A DNA stretch of 32,000 nucleotides, taken from assembly GCA_001513145.1 (NCBI GenBank), contig LFSP01000007.1, forward strand, positions 1-32,000, read 5' to 3'. Origin of the DNA: Clostridia bacterium DTU025. GTDB taxonomy: Bacteria > Bacillota > DTU025. Made by a program: the position numbers and the translations under genes. Of this stretch, positions 17,522 to 25,284 are shown in pieces (the first letter of the stretch is position 1; every line of letters begins with the position of its first letter). A model generated the notes under the pieces. That model did not search any database. It had not been told where the DNA came from and saw only the letters and a list, made by a program, of their open reading frames with translations.

Positions 17522-19339
17522 CTACGCGGGATCCGACTCGTCCAGAGAGCCCGCTACGATCTCTCCGTCCACCCAGGTGCTGCCCTCCACGAACCACTCG
17601 GTACGCACCCTGGTCACAGGCAGCTCCCTGTTGCCCGCGTCCTGCTCCGACCGCTCATCGCCTTCCTCGTTGGCACCCGCCTCGGGTGCACGCTGCGCCT
17701 CCTTCATCTCATCGGAGACCTCCACGGGCTTCGATCCCTTCTCCGTCTTCAGCGGCAGTCCATACTCCTCCGACATGAACGGGTCGTCGAGGAAATAGTG
17801 CTCCATGCGGACCACGATCTCGTCTCCCCTGGGAGCAGACGCCAGCTCCGCCAGGAGCTCATCGATGGGCAGGTACAGCAGGCGCTCCATCTCATCCTCG
17901 CCATCGTCCAAGTCGTCTTCGGTGGAGCCTCCCCCACTGATCAAGAACGACACCGGCCCTTCGATCATGTCTTCAGGGATCTGAACCTGGACCGCCCTGG
18001 TGACAAGCTCCCCGCGATACCGGCGCAGCTGCACCTCTATTTCGAACACGCCGCCCGGAGCCACTTCAGGGGTGAGGGCGCGGGCGCCCACTATCCTGGC
18101 GGTCCTCCTGCCCGTCTCCACCTGAACGTCCACGCTGATGGACCTGACCGATGCCTCCTCCGCGGCGTTGCCTACGATGAGGCCAAGGGCCCTCGCGGCG
18201 ACGTCTACCACCTCGTAGCAGATGTCGGAATCGCTCCACACCACGTCCGACCTGCGCAGAGGCTCGTGCCCGTCAAGCTCTATGACGTACTCGAGCTCCG
18301 CGGTGCCCGGTCCGATCCTGTCGATGGCCTGGTCGACTCCGCCCACTGCGACGGTGAAGAACAGGTCATCGATGAGCGGCTCAGAACTGGCGATCTTCGA
18401 GGACGTTATGACCGCCGCGCCGGTGTCGTCGCCCTTGACCGTGACGGTGACCGGGACCATCGAGGCTTCCCTGCCGGCGACTCCCGCCGCACCATACAGC
18501 CTGTCCTGAGTGAAGGCGCCGATCTCCTTGAGGGCAGACACGACCTTGAACGGCACCACGTCGCTCCTGACGATGGTGTGCACCGCGGCCCCGGAGGCCT
18601 GAAGGTCCACCTGGCCAGCTGTGAGCACCGGGTGGCCGAAGGCGAGGAACCTGTCGCCGTCAGTGTATGTGACCGTTCCGAAAAGCCCGGCCCCGACGTC
18701 CCCCGTGATGAGCTGCATCCCCACCATGGCGCCAGGCACCAGCCTGTACTCGGACTCCGCCTGAGGCTCTGCTCCGGGGCCGAACCCGCCGGCGGCAGGC
18801 ATGACCTTGAGCCCGCGCTGAGCCATGACGTCCGACAGGCGGCCAAGAGCCCTCGGCGATAGCCCGGACACGTACACGGTGCCTGAGGCGGCAGCGGCAG
18901 GCATCTCCTGCAATTGCGAATCGTCGGGGTACTCCAGCATCTTTAGCATGTCGCCGATGGGTGTGACCCCTGCGATGTAGTGGTCGCTGCTGGGGAACAC
19001 GTAGGCGACGGCGCCTATGAGTCTGCCGTCCACGTACACCGGGCTGCCGCTCATCCCTTCCGCGACGCCCCCGGCCTCCTCGATCCTTGGGCCAGATGCC
19101 CTCACCAGTATCAGGCTTCCCGGGCTCGAGCCCCTGGACAGCACCGCCACGATCTCCACATCGAATTGCTCCGGCTCAACCCCTCTGAAAACCGTGAGGC
19201 CGTAGCCTTTCATGCCCGGCGCAAGCTCGTCCACACCCATGGTAGGCGTCGACGCCGCAGCTTGCAGCGAGCCTGCTCCCAACAACAGTATCGCCATAAT
19301 CAGACAAGCGAGGGTCGTTCGAATCTTGAAATAACCCAC
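17522..19339 (-). CDS. SpoIVB-like (peptidase S55-related) secreted protein
   Basis: QFDVEIVAVL...ILVRASGPRIEEAGGVAEGMSGSPVYVDGRLIGAVAYVF...GVTPIGDMLKML matches the C-terminal half of the SpoIVB S55 domain (remembered motif GMSGSPII.NGK.IGAVTHVF). I prefer GTG 19339 (GGGAGGGGG 10 nt upstream), which gives a KIR-type signal peptide. The track start is 19387. Confidence 0.65.
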   Translation of the reverse strand: MGYFKIRTTLACLIMAILLLGAGSLQAAASTPTMGVDELAPGMKGYGLTVFRGVEPEQFDVEIVAVLSRGSSPGSLILVRASGPRIEEAGGVAEGMSGSPVYVDGRLIGAVAYVFPSSDHYIAGVTPIGDMLKMLEYPDDSQLQEMPAAAASGTVYVSGLSPRALGRLSDVMAQRGLKVMPAAGGFGPGAEPQAESEYRLVPGAMVGMQLITGDVGAGLFGTVTYTDGDRFLAFGHPVLTAGQVDLQASGAAVHTIVRSDVVPFKVVSALKEIGAFTQDRLYGAAGVAGREASMVPVTVTVKGDDTGAAVITSSKIASSEPLIDDLFFTVAVGGVDQAIDRIGPGTAELEYVIELDGHEPLRRSDVVWSDSDICYEVVDVAARALGLIVGNAAEEASVRSISVDVQVETGRRTARIVGARALTPEVAPGGVFEIEVQLRRYRGELVTRAVQVQIPEDMIEGPVSFLISGGGSTEDDLDDGEDEMERLLYLPIDELLAELASAPRGDEIVVRMEHYFLDDPFMSEEYGLPLKTEKGSKPVEVSDEMKEAQRAPEAGANEEGDERSEQDAGNRELPVTRVRTEWFVEGSTWVDGEIVAGSLDESDPA

Positions 19340-19379
19340 GGAAAAACCGCCCCCTCCCTGACGCCCCGCGTCCTTTCTA

Positions 19380-20351
19380 TCATACACTGACGGACGCGTT
19401 TGTCACCCGGGAAATCCCGCACTCGGCGATGGCGACCAGGCCCCTGGCCGCCGCGAGTTGAGGCTCAGGCGCGATGATACAGCTTATCCCTGCAGCCTCG
19501 CCGATCCTTGCCGCGCACGGGTACTGAAGCGCACCGCCTCCGGCGACGACGGCGCTGCGAGCCTCACATAGCAGGCCTGCAGCCTTCACCGCATCGGCGA
19601 TGGCGTCAGCCACGCCCTCCACCGCCTCGTCGATGAGCTCCACAGGAACGGACACATCCACCGGGAGCCGGGTCTCCACGTGCATCCCGCGGGCCGAAAG
19701 CTCGGCCTGGTTCGGGCTGAAACCGTTCCTGGCCTCCCGCACTCGCCTGGCTTCGCCTTGGCCGAGCCTGACCATCATACGCTCCCTGACCGCGAGCTGA
19801 AGGCGACGGTCCGCGCATTCCATGCCTGCGCGAACCGCAACGCTCCAGGCCGGGGAGCCCCCGCGTATCAGGGCGATGTCGGTCCGCCTGGCGCCTATGT
19901 CGACGACCAGGGTGTCGCCTGCTGGCGCGCCGGCGTCGACCCATATGGCCACGGTGGAATGAACGACCCCGGCCGGCATCAGGCCTGCGTCAGCCACAAG
20001 CTGAACCATGCTGCGCAGGCACAGCGGCCCGGGCGCTGAAGGCGCCTGCAGCACCGCTCTGGGCTTGGCCATGCGCAGGGTGCCGCACACGGTGCGAGCC
20101 AGGGCACTGAGGACGTAGAGGGCCAGATGGCGCTGGCCGCCATGGTGCCAGGGACCTACCGGAGCCAGGTAGTATCGATCGGGGCTCGCCTCAAACAGCA
20201 GGGCGGCACGGCGCCCCCAGGCCACAGGCCATCCTGACTCCACGTCGATGGCCACCACGGCAGGCTCCCAAACGACGACTCCGCGCCCGGGAGCAACTGC
20301 AACCACGTTCGCGGAGCCAAGATCCAGCCCGATCTCGAATTGTCGTCGCAT
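19380..20351 (-). CDS. divergent actin-like ATPase of the MreB/Mbl family
   Basis: From ATG 20351 (GGAGGAGG upstream). EIGLDLGSANVVAV...GVVVWEPAVVAI ~ MreB DLGIDLGTANTLIY...GIVLNEPSVVAI. VVDIGARRTDIALI ~ VVDIGGGTTEVAVI. VVAGGGALQYP...GISCIIAPEPQLAAARG ~ VLTGGGALLRN...GIPVVVAEDPLTCVARG. It lies downstream of spoIIID, as mbl does in Bacillus. Confidence 0.65.
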   Translation of the reverse strand: MRRQFEIGLDLGSANVVAVAPGRGVVVWEPAVVAIDVESGWPVAWGRRAALLFEASPDRYYLAPVGPWHHGGQRHLALYVLSALARTVCGTLRMAKPRAVLQAPSAPGPLCLRSMVQLVADAGLMPAGVVHSTVAIWVDAGAPAGDTLVVDIGARRTDIALIRGGSPAWSVAVRAGMECADRRLQLAVRERMMVRLGQGEARRVREARNGFSPNQAELSARGMHVETRLPVDVSVPVELIDEAVEGVADAIADAVKAAGLLCEARSAVVAGGGALQYPCAARIGEAAGISCIIAPEPQLAAARGLVAIAECGISRVTNASVSV

Positions 20352-20370
20352 CGAGCCTCCTCCACATGCG

Positions 20371-20628
20371 TCAAGTGATCTTGCGAGCCTTGTACTTGCG
20401 TCGCGTGGCCTCCCCACCCCTGATGTGACGCTCTGCCTTGTTCTGGTCGAGGATGAGCTTCACCGCCGAGGCGAGCTGCTTGTTAATGGAAGGCAGCCTC
20501 TCCGTCACGTCCTTGTGGACAGTGCTCTTACTGACGTTGAACAGGCGGGCCGTCTGCCTGACCGTAGCCCTGGTCTGGAGCATGTGATCTGTGATCTCCA
20601 GTACGCGCCGACGGATGTGGTCCCTCAT
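20371..20628 (-). CDS. spoIIID: sporulation transcriptional regulator SpoIIID
   Basis: 85 aa. IRRRVLEITDHMLQTRATVRQTARLFNVSKSTVHKDVTERLPSINKQLASAVKLILDQNKAERHIRGGEATRRKY is the characteristic SpoIIID HTH sequence. Confidence 0.9.
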   Translation of the reverse strand: MRDHIRRRVLEITDHMLQTRATVRQTARLFNVSKSTVHKDVTERLPSINKQLASAVKLILDQNKAERHIRGGEATRRKYKARKIT

Positions 20629-20660
20629 GCAGAGCCCGGCCTCCTCCCTGCCGTTTGGTA

Positions 20661-20690
20661 GATATGTATTCCAGCAAAGGAGGATTATTC
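20661..20690 (-). promoter_or_regulatory. candidate sporulation-sigma (sigma-E-like) promoter for spoIIID
   Basis: AT-rich island. Minus strand reads GAATAAT-14 nt-ATACATATC, a loose resemblance to the Bacillus sigma-E pattern (-10 CATACA-T). GGGAGGAGG RBS follows. Confidence 0.25.
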
Positions 20691-20715
20691 ACGCCACACG
20701 GGCTCACAGGTTGCG

Positions 20716-21333
20716 TCAGATGTGGTCGTCGGGGTTCTGCGGTTCGCCAGCCTGGATCAGCTTGAAATCCAGCACGGCGCGGCCCGGCTCCGACGGTAGT
20801 TGGCCCAATGGAGCGCCGGCTGACACGCGAACGCCGGGGGTGACCTCCACCTTCTCAAGCGGGCTGTAACATGTTTCAAAGTCGTTCGAATGTTTGATCC
20901 TGACCTCATACCCGCCGCTTGCTGCCGAAACGGCGTCCGCCGCCTTCACCGGCACCGCGTTCACCGCGTCCACCGTGCCGGCAGCTGAAGCCCTGACCGT
21001 GCTGGAGGGCGGGGCCTGTATCCTCACACCGTCCCTGTAGCGCCACTCGCCGGAAAGCAGATCCCTGTGCCATCCGAAGGCGCCCACCAGCGTCCCTTCC
21101 ACCGGCCAGGAGAACGCGGGCGGAGGTTCGTCCACCGAGGCGCCGGGCCCGAGCATGTCGGTAACGACGGTGGCCAGAGACTCCACGTCGGATTCAGGCG
21201 CGTCAGCCGTCTGCCGTGACCAGTAAGCCTCGTACGCCAAGCGGAGCGCGGCTCCCAGGAGCACACACGCCAGCGCCCCGGCCACCAGTCCCAGCGCGCG
21301 CCGGTTGAGCTTCCATTTTCTGAGCCGTATCAC
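20716..21333 (-). CDS. membrane-anchored degenerate LytM/M23-domain protein, SpoIIQ-like
   Basis: N-terminal TM (LGLVAGALACVLLGAALRLA). The M23-like core is FGWHRDLLSGEWRYRDGVRIQAPPSSTVRASAAGTV...GGYEVRIKHSNDFETCYSPLEKVEVTPGVRVSAGAPLGQL. It lies between spoIID and spoIIID. Confidence 0.55.
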   Translation of the reverse strand: MIRLRKWKLNRRALGLVAGALACVLLGAALRLAYEAYWSRQTADAPESDVESLATVVTDMLGPGASVDEPPPAFSWPVEGTLVGAFGWHRDLLSGEWRYRDGVRIQAPPSSTVRASAAGTVDAVNAVPVKAADAVSAASGGYEVRIKHSNDFETCYSPLEKVEVTPGVRVSAGAPLGQLPSEPGRAVLDFKLIQAGEPQNPDDHI

Positions 21334-21354
21334 AGTCCATCACCTCAGGTGGTA

Positions 21355-22362
21355 TTATTGCCCGAGGTTCTGTGATAATACGCGCTCCAGCGTCGCGCCG
21401 GGGTAATAATGCGCCAGGATCTGTTGGAAGGACCATCCCCGAAGGGCATAGGCGTGGGCTCCCCACTGGCACATGCCGACCCCGTGGCCGTAACCTACGG
21501 TGGTGAAGTGCACGGTGTCACCGGAGTTGGTCACCGTCATCGCGGTGGATCTCAGCGCCAGCGCCTTCCTGAGGTCGGTGGCTTTGACCACAGCGCCAAA
21601 CACCGAAAGGGTCTTCGCCCGATTGGTGGCCGTGGTGGACAACACCTGGACTCCGCCGGACATAGCAGGCACTGCCCCCTGCAGCAAGCCCGGCGCCGTC
21701 ATCGCAAGCAGATCCGACCTCTTCACAGATACCGTGTGGACCTGTGCAAACCCATACTCGGCGCAGACGCACCTCACCGCAACCAGGTACGGCACGCTCC
21801 TGCCCCAGACTTCCGATGCGTGCTCGGTGGCACCCCCGCAGCACGCGTGGTAGACAGAGTCGATGAGCTCGCCCCCATGCTTCAGGGCCAGCCCTGCGGT
21901 GGACCTTACCGCTTGGACCACTTTGACGACGTTCTTGACGTAGTCGGCGCTGCCCCACTGGAGCAGTAGCTCCTCCCTGGACTTCCACGCCTGACAGCAT
22001 CCGGGATCAGAACACAACACGGCGCCGCGGTGGCTCGCGGGCAGGTCCGCGGGCCCCGGAGCCGCGGAGAGCCGTCTGAGGGTGTAAGTGCGCGCAGCCA
22101 CGGCCTGGGCTTTGAGGGCCTCCACCTCGAAGGCCGCCGGCATCTCAGCGGCGACCACCCCCACCAGGTAGTCTTCAAGTGGAATACGAATAACGCTCCC
22201 TGAAGATTGGACGTGAAGCGACACGTAAAGCTCCCTACCGGCGGGGGGCTGCGGTGCTTTCACCAAGACGGCGATACCTGCGGGCAGGACCACGGTGACG
22301 AACGCGCAGACGGCCACAAGGACGTTTAGGCCCGCTCCTGACGAGCGGCTCCTTGTGGCCAT
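21355..22362 (-). CDS. spoIID: stage II sporulation protein D (SpoIID/LytB lytic transglycosylase family)
   Basis: LEDYLVGVVAAEMPAAFEVEALKAQAVAARTYTLRRL, SVYHACCGGATE and GYGHGVGMCQWGA are SpoIID hallmarks. ATG 22362 is preceded by GGGAGGTG. Confidence 0.9.
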   Translation of the reverse strand: MATRSRSSGAGLNVLVAVCAFVTVVLPAGIAVLVKAPQPPAGRELYVSLHVQSSGSVIRIPLEDYLVGVVAAEMPAAFEVEALKAQAVAARTYTLRRLSAAPGPADLPASHRGAVLCSDPGCCQAWKSREELLLQWGSADYVKNVVKVVQAVRSTAGLALKHGGELIDSVYHACCGGATEHASEVWGRSVPYLVAVRCVCAEYGFAQVHTVSVKRSDLLAMTAPGLLQGAVPAMSGGVQVLSTTATNRAKTLSVFGAVVKATDLRKALALRSTAMTVTNSGDTVHFTTVGYGHGVGMCQWGAHAYALRGWSFQQILAHYYPGATLERVLSQNLGQ

Positions 22363-22416
22363 GCACAACACCTCCCGCAAGTGACGCCGTCCTAGATACT
22401 ATGCAGTCCGACGACG

Positions 22417-22442
22417 AAAAAGACGCCTCCACGAGGGAGGCG
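22417..22442 (-). terminator. intrinsic terminator after murA
   Basis: Minus strand reads CGCCTCC-ctcgt-GGAGGCG followed by TCTTTTTCG, ~30 nt after the murA stop (22471). Confidence 0.6.
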
Positions 22443-22470
22443 CCTCCACTGTGCTCGGATCTCGGAGGCT

Positions 22471-23730
22471 TCAGGCCTTCTCTATCCGCTCGATGTCGGC
22501 TCCGACTTGAGTCAGCTTCTCCTCAAAGCGCTCATAGCCACGGTCGATGTGGTAGACTTCTGACACTTCGGTGACGCCCTGAGCCACCAGGCCCGCAATC
22601 ACCAAGCAGGCTCCTGCTCTGAGGTCGGTGCATCTGACCTGGGCACCCGACAAATGCTCCTGGCCTTCGATCACCGCCGACCTTCCGTCGATCCTTATGC
22701 TCGCGCCCATACGGGCAAGCTCCGCCACATGCATGAACCTGTTCTCGAAAACCGTCTCAGTTATCACGGACATGCCGGAAGATACGCACATCAACGCCAT
22801 GAACTGTGCCTGCAGGTCAGTGGGGAAGCCGGGATATGGCATGGTCTTGACGTCCACGCCATCGGGGCGGCTGTCGGCCTGGACGGTGATGGAACCGTCC
22901 ACGTCTTCCACAACGTATACGCCGGCCTCTCGCAGCTTCGCGGTGATGGACTTCATGTGCTCGGGCACTGCGTTCTCAATGGTCAGGGCGCCCATGGTGG
23001 CGGCGGCTGCTATCATCAGGGTGCCAGCCTCGATCCTGTCGGGCACCACCATGTAGCTGGTGGGCTCCAGGGCTTCGACGCCCTCTATCCTGAGGACGTT
23101 TGTTCCGGCTCCCCTCACCCGGGCTCCCATGGCGTTCAGGAAGTTCGCCAGGTCCACCACCTCAGGTTCCTGAGCGGCGTTCTCGATAACCGTCAGCCCT
23201 TGGGCCAAAGAGGCCGCCATCATGATGTTTTCCGTCGCCCCTACGCTGGGGAAGTCAAGGTATATTCGGGCGCCTGAGAGCTTGTCTGCTCTTGCGCTGA
23301 TCTGGCCATAGCCCATCTCTATGTCAGCGCCCAGTGCCGAAAGCCCCTTGAGATGCAGGTCGATCGGGCGCGAGCCGATGGCGCAGCCCCCCGGCAGCGA
23401 GATCGTGACCCTGCCGGTCCTCGCAAGGAGCGGCCCCATGACCAGGAATGACGCGCGCATGGCCCTGACCAGGTCGTACGGGGGTTCGGTGCTATCGATG
23501 GAGGACGCGTCGATGCTGATGGTGCTGCCTTGGCGAGCTGTGGGGGTACCCAGCGCGTTCAGCACGCCACTCATGGTGTCGACATCCTTCAGGTGCGGCA
23601 CGTCCTCGATGGTAGACGCGCCTGGCGCCAGAAGCGCAGCGGCCATTATGGGCAGAGCTGCGTTCTTAGCTCCTCCAACCCTCACTCTGCCCTTGAGAGA
23701 CGCTCCGCCCCTGATAACGAGTGCCTCCAA
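22471..23730 (-). CDS. murA: UDP-N-acetylglucosamine 1-carboxyvinyltransferase MurA
   Basis: 419 aa. [38 protein letters not shown] and [13 protein letters not shown] are full-length MurA hallmarks. TTG start after GGGGGAAAGG. Confidence 0.95.
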   Translation of the reverse strand: MEALVIRGGASLKGRVRVGGAKNAALPIMAAALLAPGASTIEDVPHLKDVDTMSGVLNALGTPTARQGSTISIDASSIDSTEPPYDLVRAMRASFLVMGPLLARTGRVTISLPGGCAIGSRPIDLHLKGLSALGADIEMGYGQISARADKLSGARIYLDFPSVGATENIMMAASLAQGLTVIENAAQEPEVVDLANFLNAMGARVRGAGTNVLRIEGVEALEPTSYMVVPDRIEAGTLMIAAAATMGALTIENAVPEHMKSITAKLREAGVYVVEDVDGSITVQADSRPDGVDVKTMPYPGFPTDLQAQFMALMCVSSGMSVITETVFENRFMHVAELARMGASIRIDGRSAVIEGQEHLSGAQVRCTDLRAGACLVIAGLVAQGVTEVSEVYHIDRGYERFEEKLTQVGADIERIEKA

Positions 23731-24039
23731 GTCCTTTCCCCCGTTCCACGTCGGCTATAGGCCGTGAGCTGGTATATCTCTCCCGGCCCTCACGTAGTGT
23801 AGCATCTAGCAGCAAGAATACACAACAGGCAATGCTATGAAATGAAACACCAGTTCAACAACTAAGTAACGGGACGCGTGCGACAGAGAGTGCACCGAGC
23901 GCATCTGCTGACGCCGACGGATGGGCGGTGATGCCATCCGGAGTAACCGGGATCCCCGTGTCTCGCGCGTGTACCGGCCTTCGGGCAGAGTGCCGTGCGT
24001 ATGCACGTCTGGAAATGCGTACATGCCCGGATGGACTGG

Positions 24040-25135
24040 CTTCGGGTGTGCCCAGGCGCTCTCCGAGGGGGTTCTCCTCGAGACAAAGGAGCAAGTGTGC
24101 TTCCTCGCCTCCTTCTGGAGGAGCACACCTCGATCTGCTCCTCCAGAAGGAGGAGTACTCGAACTCTGACTGTGCCGGATCCGTGCGCCGCTCCGAACCA
24201 CCGAATCGACCAACGCCTCTAGCTGGATCTTTGGCGCAGCGCTATCGCGGCGTCGGATCCGCTTCGGTACGACTCACCCGCAAACGGTGCCTTCGGGATC
24301 TCCCCGAGGGGGGTTCTCCTCCAGAAAGAGGAGCAGATGCGCCTCCTCGCCTCCTTCTGGAGGAGCACACCTCGACCTGCTCCTCCAGAAGGAGGAGTAC
24401 TCGAACTCTGACTGTGCCGGATCCACGCCCCGCTCCGAACCACCGAATCGACCAACGCCTCTAGCTGGATCTTTGTCGCAGCGCTGTCGCGGCGTCGGAT
24501 CCGCTTCGGTACGACTCACCCGCAAACGGTGCCTTCGGGGTCTCACCGAGGGGGGGTCTCCTCCAGAAAGAGGAGCAGATGCGCCTCCTCGCCTCCTTCT
24601 GGAGGAGCACACCTCAATCTGCGCCTCCAAACGGAGGAGTACTCGAATTCCGACGTTGCCGGATCCGCGCCCCGCCTCGGGCCGCCGAATCGACCAACGC
24701 CTCTAGCTGGATCTTTGTCGCAGCGCTGTCGCGGCGTCGGATCCGCTTCGGTACGACTCACCCGCAAACGGTGCCTTCGGGATCTCACCGAGGGGGGTTC
24801 TCCTCCAGAAGGAGGAGCAGATGCGCCGCCTCGCCTCCTTCCGGAGGAGCATACCTCAATCTGCGCCTCCAGAAGGAGGAGTACTCAGATTCCGACGGTT
24901 CCGGGCACACACCACGCCAAAGGCCGCGGAGTCGATCAGCGCCTCTAGCTACGTGTTTCTTTCAGCGCTCTCGCAGCGTCGGATCCGCTTCAGTGCGACT
25001 CACCCGCAAACGGTGCCTTCGGGATCTCACCGAGGGGGGTTCTCCTCCAGAAAGAGGAGCAGATGCGCCCCCTCGCCTCCTTCTGGAGGAGCATACCTCA
25101 ATCTGCGCCTCCAGAAGGAGGCGAGCTCGAATCAC
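24040..25135. repeat. tandem array, ~4.5 head-to-tail copies of a 242-bp non-coding unit
   Basis: The landmark CTCTAGCT recurs at 24217, 24459, 24701 and 24943, an exact 242-bp period. Full copies are ~90% identical by eye. A diverged partial copy sits at ~24040-24216 and the last copy decays after ~25135. Each unit has three CTCCTC(C)-N4-6-(G)GAGGAG palindromes, for example 24316-24333, 24350-24363 and 24380-24397. Confidence 0.9.
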
Positions 25136-25284
25136 GCTGCCCCGTCGCGCCAGTGGCCCCACTGGCTCTCGCCGCGTTCCGCGCAGCAAGATCGACCCCG
25201 CGAGCAAACCTGCAGGCCCGCAGCCCCGCAGGCGCACCGGCCCTCTGCCCGCCGCTGGCCAGCCGCCGGCCGTCCAACACCCCT

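Noticed and set aside
24040-25135. CRISPR array as an explanation of the repeats.
   Set aside because: There is no alternation of short (25-40 bp) identical repeats with unique spacers. The 242-bp units are contiguous and homologous over their entire length, and no cas genes are present in the window.
24040-25135. Tandem glycine-riboswitch-like aptamers on the minus strand (CTGGAGGAG ... hairpin ... CCGAAGGCACC).
   Set aside because: The resemblance is superficial. The conserved GGAGAG / CACCGAAGGGGCAA / CUCAGG...GGAC core is not reproduced. Five copies at 242-nt spacing with no downstream glycine-related gene do not fit. An Infernal search is needed for a firm exclusion.
25150-25168. The hairpin CCAGTGG-cc-CCACTGG downstream of the epimerase stop, considered as the epimerase terminator. 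It also contains a B12-box-like GCCACTGG.
   Set aside because: No U-tract lies on the transcribed side. The apparent loop is only 2 nt unless the stem is shortened. An isolated GCCACTG-like string is not evidence for a cobalamin riboswitch.
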